Part shown: one piece after another, positions 45,225-48,853 of the stretch
Layout of the letters: every line of letters begins with the position of its first letter
Numbering within the stretch: the first letter of the stretch is position 1
Origin: a virus
Lineage: Duplodnaviria > Caudoviricetes
Length of the DNA: 48,853 nt
Reading direction: 5' to 3' (one strand)
IMG/VR virus record: IMGVR_UViG_3300027265_000001
Coordinates: 1 to 48,853 of that record
Program-made: the position numbers and the translations under genes
Notes under the pieces: model-generated
The model's database searches: none
What the model was told of the DNA's origin: nothing
The model's input: the letters and a program-made list of their open reading frames with translations, nothing else

Positions 45225-46130
45225 ATGGGAGCTAATAGAAATCAATTTAGTCCACTCCTTTTCAAGGGCCTTCGTAAAGTTTACGATGATGTCTATAAAG
45301 AGTGGCCAGAGCAATTTTCTCAAATCTTCAACGTTCTATCGTCTGAGATGTCTGAGGAAACTGACTACAGCGTAACTGGATTCAAGCTACTGGACAAGGT
45401 CAACGAAAATGAGCCAGTAAACTACCAAGATGCGCTGCCCGGTTACAGTGTAACCTACAAGCATGATACCTTTAAGGGTGGTTTCACCGTTACTAAGGAA
45501 ATGCTTGATGACGATAAATACAACGTCATGAACAAAAAGGCCGCTGGCCTTGCCAAGGCTGTTCGTAGAACAGTTGAGATCGAAGCTGCTAAGGTCATTA
45601 ACAACGCGTTCAATACAACGGTTGTTACAGGTGGTGATGGCGTAGCCCTTATCTCCGCAGCCCATCCTTCAAAAGATGGTGGCGCTAATCAATCTAACCT
45701 TGGAACTGGTAAGCTCACAGAGCCTAACCTTATCGCTGGTATCCTACAAATGCGTAGCCTACTGGACGACCAAGGTCAAAAGATCATGGTTAAGCCAAAC
45801 AAGATCGTTGTTCATCCTTTCAACGAGGCAAAAGCTCGTATCCTGCTTGAGTCTACTCAACGCACGGCTACAGCCAACAACGACATCAACCCAGTAAAGG
45901 GTGCCCTAGATATTATCGTTTACGACTATCTTTCAGCTGCTAATCAGGAATTTTGGTTCCTTATCGATAGCACAATGAACGAGCTAAACTTCTTCTGGAG
46001 AGAAAAACCTTCTTTCAACGAAGAGAACAGCTTCGACACGGATGCTCGTAAATACAAGACACGTTGCCGTTTCTCATGTGGATTCAGCGACTGGCATGGT
46101 ATCTACGGTTCAAACGGGACAACTGCCTAA
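45225..46130 (+). CDS. Major capsid protein (Mu gpT-like HK97 fold)
   Basis: 301 aa; 'GGFTVTKEMLDDDKY', 'GGDGVALISAAHP', 'RFSCGFSDWHGIYGS'. Confidence 0.9.
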   Translation: MGANRNQFSPLLFKGLRKVYDDVYKEWPEQFSQIFNVLSSEMSEETDYSVTGFKLLDKVNENEPVNYQDALPGYSVTYKHDTFKGGFTVTKEMLDDDKYNVMNKKAAGLAKAVRRTVEIEAAKVINNAFNTTVVTGGDGVALISAAHPSKDGGANQSNLGTGKLTEPNLIAGILQMRSLLDDQGQKIMVKPNKIVVHPFNEAKARILLESTQRTATANNDINPVKGALDIIVYDYLSAANQEFWFLIDSTMNELNFFWREKPSFNEENSFDTDARKYKTRCRFSCGFSDWHGIYGSNGTTA

Positions 46131-46145
46131 ACAGTTGAATAGCAT

Positions 46146-46172
46146 GGGGCTGGCTATAACAGCCCCTTCTTA
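46146..46172 (+). terminator. Terminator after the major capsid gene
   Basis: GGGGCTG-loop-CAGCCCC then TTCTT. Confidence 0.65.
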
Positions 46173-46191
46173 TTAAAAGATTGGAGTCATA

Positions 46192-46464
46192 ATGGCAAAA
46201 ACTAATTTTGACGAAGTCGAAGCCGATGTGGTTACAGCCGATACGATGGTAGTTGGGGGTCACGAAGTTGATCCTGAAGCCATCTCCGGGCTAGCTATCC
46301 AAGCTAACGTCCCAGTTATCGCAACTGCTGACGCTACAGCTCAGGGTGCCGCATACGACCAGACTAAGGCCCAATCTATCGTTACACTCGCGAATGCTAA
46401 CAAGGCAAAGATCAATGATCTTATCGCCGCGCTAGTTGCCGCTGGTGTCATAGAAGCAGCCTAA
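46192..46464 (+). CDS. Head fibre/decoration-like protein
   Basis: C-terminal 'KAKINDLIAALVAAGVI' motif. Confidence 0.65.
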   Translation: MAKTNFDEVEADVVTADTMVVGGHEVDPEAISGLAIQANVPVIATADATAQGAAYDQTKAQSIVTLANANKAKINDLIAALVAAGVIEAA

Positions 46465-46520
46465 TACCCCGGGGGTGGTAAACAAACCCCCAATCTTATT
46501 AAGTAAAAGGAGGCATTATT

Positions 46521-46892
46521 ATGTCATGTTATCCAAACACAAACCTTAGGACTCAAGAACGTCCTACATGTGGTCCTACAGACCCAAACCTATACAATGT
46601 GCAGCCAGAGGTAGTCGAAGAGCCTAAAGCTGAAGTGGTTTACCCAGAGGGCATCGAAGCAATCGATGGTGCCTTTAATTGTGTAGTTTGCCAAAAAGCA
46701 ATCAAGGCTAAAATCGGTATTCAATCTCACGTTAAGAGTAAGGCTCACAAAGCAGCTATGGAAGCTAACGTAGCATCTACTAGCGCAATCGAAGCAGCTC
46801 TAAACGCTCCTATTGTCCCAGAGACCGGTGAAGGCGAATCTACTCCAGAGGTAAACGTAGATGAGACCCCAGAAACTATAGAAGGGGAATAG
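46521..46892 (+). CDS. C2H2 zinc-finger protein with acidic flanks
   Basis: CVVCQK...SHVKSKAH; AAGGAGG RBS. Confidence 0.7.
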   Translation: MSCYPNTNLRTQERPTCGPTDPNLYNVQPEVVEEPKAEVVYPEGIEAIDGAFNCVVCQKAIKAKIGIQSHVKSKAHKAAMEANVASTSAIEAALNAPIVPETGEGESTPEVNVDETPETIEGE

Positions 46893-46894
46893 TC

Positions 46895-47233
46895 ATGAGC
46901 AAAATCTTTAAGAAAAATGGCACAGACGCAGTTGTTACTGCTGGTCTAGCTTCTCGCGACTACGCAGCAGCTACTCTATCAATCGCTACTGCTACGGTAG
47001 ACCATGATGTCGCTGACGTAGATAACCTATTCGATAATATCAAGACAGGCTTCTACGTTGAGATCAGAACAAATCAACCAATTAGTATCAAACTAAACTC
47101 TACCGCAAACGCATCGATAGATATTCTTTCAGCCGATAGCCCATACATTATCGACTGGTCCCAAGTTGAGAATATCTTCATTTCGAATGCTTCAGGTAAC
47201 CTAGCTACGGTTAAAATCGTTATTGCTGGATAG
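46895..47233 (+). CDS. Small beta-rich virion protein
   Basis: AAGGGG RBS; structural operon. Confidence 0.65.
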   Translation: MSKIFKKNGTDAVVTAGLASRDYAAATLSIATATVDHDVADVDNLFDNIKTGFYVEIRTNQPISIKLNSTANASIDILSADSPYIIDWSQVENIFISNASGNLATVKIVIAG

Positions 47234-47241
47234 GAGGAAAG

Positions 47242-48099
47242 ATGGCACCAAATAGAACACGGGAAGAGATACAAGAAAGTATCGAAGATCTCGCGTATCG
47301 TGAGAGCCAGCTGAAACCTATTGTCGCGGAACTAGAAGCAACGAAGGAAGAGCTTGAGACATCAGTCGCAGGTTTTACCGAATCTTCTAAAAACGAGATT
47401 AAGGGTATCAAATCTGACCTTCAGGGGTATACTCGAGAAGTTAAGTCTAAAATCAAAGAAATCGCAGCACTAGAAAAGAAAATCAAAGCTGGGCAAAAAA
47501 CCATCAGTGATATTCAAGCTGATATTGAAATGATGACCGTTGAATCTGATAAGCAAAGGGCAATCCTTGCTGACCTAGATGCCAGTGTTGAAGATATTCA
47601 TAAGAACATGGCTGAACTCCGAAAAGAGAAGGCAGCAATTCTAGAAGAGATAGATGTGAAGCAAGTTGTTAATGGTGAGGCTATGGCTGAACTAGAGGCT
47701 ACCTGCACTAAACGTCAGGAAGCTCAAAAGACACTTGATTCAATTATGGTGAAGCTAGCAGACGCTGAGAAGGCTATTGAGATTGCTAAGGCATTCAAAG
47801 AAGCTCACGAATCAGAGCTCGCTCCTAGGGAAGAAAAACTTGCTCAGGGCCTACGAGACCTAGCGGAGGCTAAAAAGGCCGTAGAGGACGATCTGAAACG
47901 AATTAAGGCAGCAAATGATGGCCTCGCAGATAGAGAAGTGGCTGTGATGCTAGAAGAAACTAAATTATCTGAAAAAGCTAAGTCAGTTGATGATCGCGAA
48001 CGCGCGGTGATTGCTCGAGAAAATGACCTCGAAATTGCTAAGGCTAAAATCAAGGAAGAGATCAAGCGTAAGAAACTTGAAGAGATTGGAGTCGTCTAA
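47242..48099 (+). CDS. Long coiled-coil protein
   Basis: AGGAGG RBS; Glu/Lys/Ala heptads throughout. Confidence 0.75.
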   Translation: MAPNRTREEIQESIEDLAYRESQLKPIVAELEATKEELETSVAGFTESSKNEIKGIKSDLQGYTREVKSKIKEIAALEKKIKAGQKTISDIQADIEMMTVESDKQRAILADLDASVEDIHKNMAELRKEKAAILEEIDVKQVVNGEAMAELEATCTKRQEAQKTLDSIMVKLADAEKAIEIAKAFKEAHESELAPREEKLAQGLRDLAEAKKAVEDDLKRIKAANDGLADREVAVMLEETKLSEKAKSVDDRERAVIARENDLEIAKAKIKEEIKRKKLEEIGVV

Positions 48100-48593
48100 T
48101 GGCAGCTTCAATGCAGACGAGAGTATACTACGGGGCTGCATCAAGTGCTGATTCTGCTAACCATATCAGATTTAAGAATGCAGATGATAATACTGATGAC
48201 CTGAATAATCCGGTTCAGATTCCTGATGCTGGTAGTAACTATTCATGGAAAAAGACGGTTGCTCTTTATGCAGGAACGGCTCCGGCTACATCTATTACAA
48301 ACGTAAGGGTGTATATGGATGGTGCCAATAACTACGGGACCGGTGTTACCCTAGTTGGTAAACTGGTTGCTAGTTATACACAGGCTACCGATGCTACTCC
48401 AATTTCAGGTGGGTTCGACATGTTTTCAAAGACTGCCGCTTCACCTCAGGTTCTAACAGGCTCAATCGGAGCTACGACTGGAAAGGGGACTCTACAGTTC
48501 CTTGAACTACAACTGGTCGTAGCGGCCGGGGCCAATCCGGGAGATCTACACGCCGTAGCCGAGAATTTGGCTTGGCTTTATGATGAAGCGTAA
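48099..48593 (+). CDS. Hypothetical virion protein
   Basis: TAATG coupling; 'SNYSWKK...WLYDEA' beta-sandwich-like. Confidence 0.7.
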   Translation: MAASMQTRVYYGAASSADSANHIRFKNADDNTDDLNNPVQIPDAGSNYSWKKTVALYAGTAPATSITNVRVYMDGANNYGTGVTLVGKLVASYTQATDATPISGGFDMFSKTAASPQVLTGSIGATTGKGTLQFLELQLVVAAGANPGDLHAVAENLAWLYDEA

Positions 48594-48601
48594 GGAGAGT
48601 A

Positions 48602-48853
48602 ATGTCAGTCGGTAATGCAAAAGTAGGAATTCATGATCCAGAGACAAATGAAGACGTCATCATTGAAGATGGCGCCCTTCATGTTCGTGTCGCTAATCCA
48701 ACAGATGTCACGGGTCTAGCTACGGAAGCTACGTTGCAGAGTGCCAGAACAGACATTCAGCAAACTAACACTTTTTTGAACGAATCTAACTCTCACCTTG
48801 GAGCAATAGAGAGTGCGGCGAACGTAGTTGCTAACAAGGATATTGCTTCGGAT
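48602..48853 (+). CDS. 5' part of a junction-spanning hypothetical virion protein (about 167 aa in total, continues to 379)
   Basis: AAGGAG RBS then ATG at 48602 (MSVGNAKVGIHDPET...); in frame with ORF 8..379 across the overlap. Confidence 0.8.
   Translation, partial: MSVGNAKVGIHDPETNEDVIIEDGALHVRVANPTDVTGLATEATLQSARTDIQQTNTFLNESNSHLGAIESAANVVANKDIASD
48727..48853. repeat. Terminal direct repeat, copy 2
   Basis: Exact copy of 1-127. Confidence 0.95.

Noticed and set aside
48727-48853. 127-bp repeat as a biological terminal repeat
   Set aside because: The length equals a standard assembler k-mer and it falls mid-gene; best read as a circularisation overlap
1-48853. Stop-codon reassignment
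   Set aside because: Core genes are intact in code 11; TAA, TAG and TGA all end genes at coupled junctions; no suppressor tRNA seen

Overview
Apparently complete, circularly assembled tailed-phage genome of about 48.7 kb. Bases 1-127 are repeated exactly at 48727-48853, and one gene runs across that junction. The gene set is podovirus-like: terminases, P22/SU10-like portal, scaffold, Mu gpT-like major capsid, adaptor and nozzle-like proteins, tail-fibre-like proteins, three to four ejection-type proteins and no tape measure. The + strand carries packaging, structure and lysis (about 36650 through the junction to 21006). The - strand carries early, replication and accessory genes (about 36170 to 21105): Rad50-like ATPase, SSB-like protein, primase-helicase, RtcB, metallophosphoesterase, RecA, a membrane-anchored lysozyme and a stand-alone NrdD-type glycyl-radical peptide. 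Seven tRNAs are present. No DNA polymerase, integrase, reverse transcriptase or CRISPR array was recognised. The most striking unexplained signal is a candidate RNA-RNA control circuit. The leader of the scaffold/capsid operon (43557-43651) can fold as either a terminator or an antiterminator. Its loop (UGCCGAACAC) is complementary to a GUGUUCGGCA motif that recurs in a separately promoted small RNA (21624) and at the translation starts of other late genes (11671, 42552). Other notable items are an ACG-initiated lysozyme, non-canonical tRNAs, a structured ncRNA block before tRNA-Pro, a G9-TAA-G7 plus DnaA-box origin candidate and an Acb2/Tad1-like protein. All calls were made by eye; no searches or folding programs were run.
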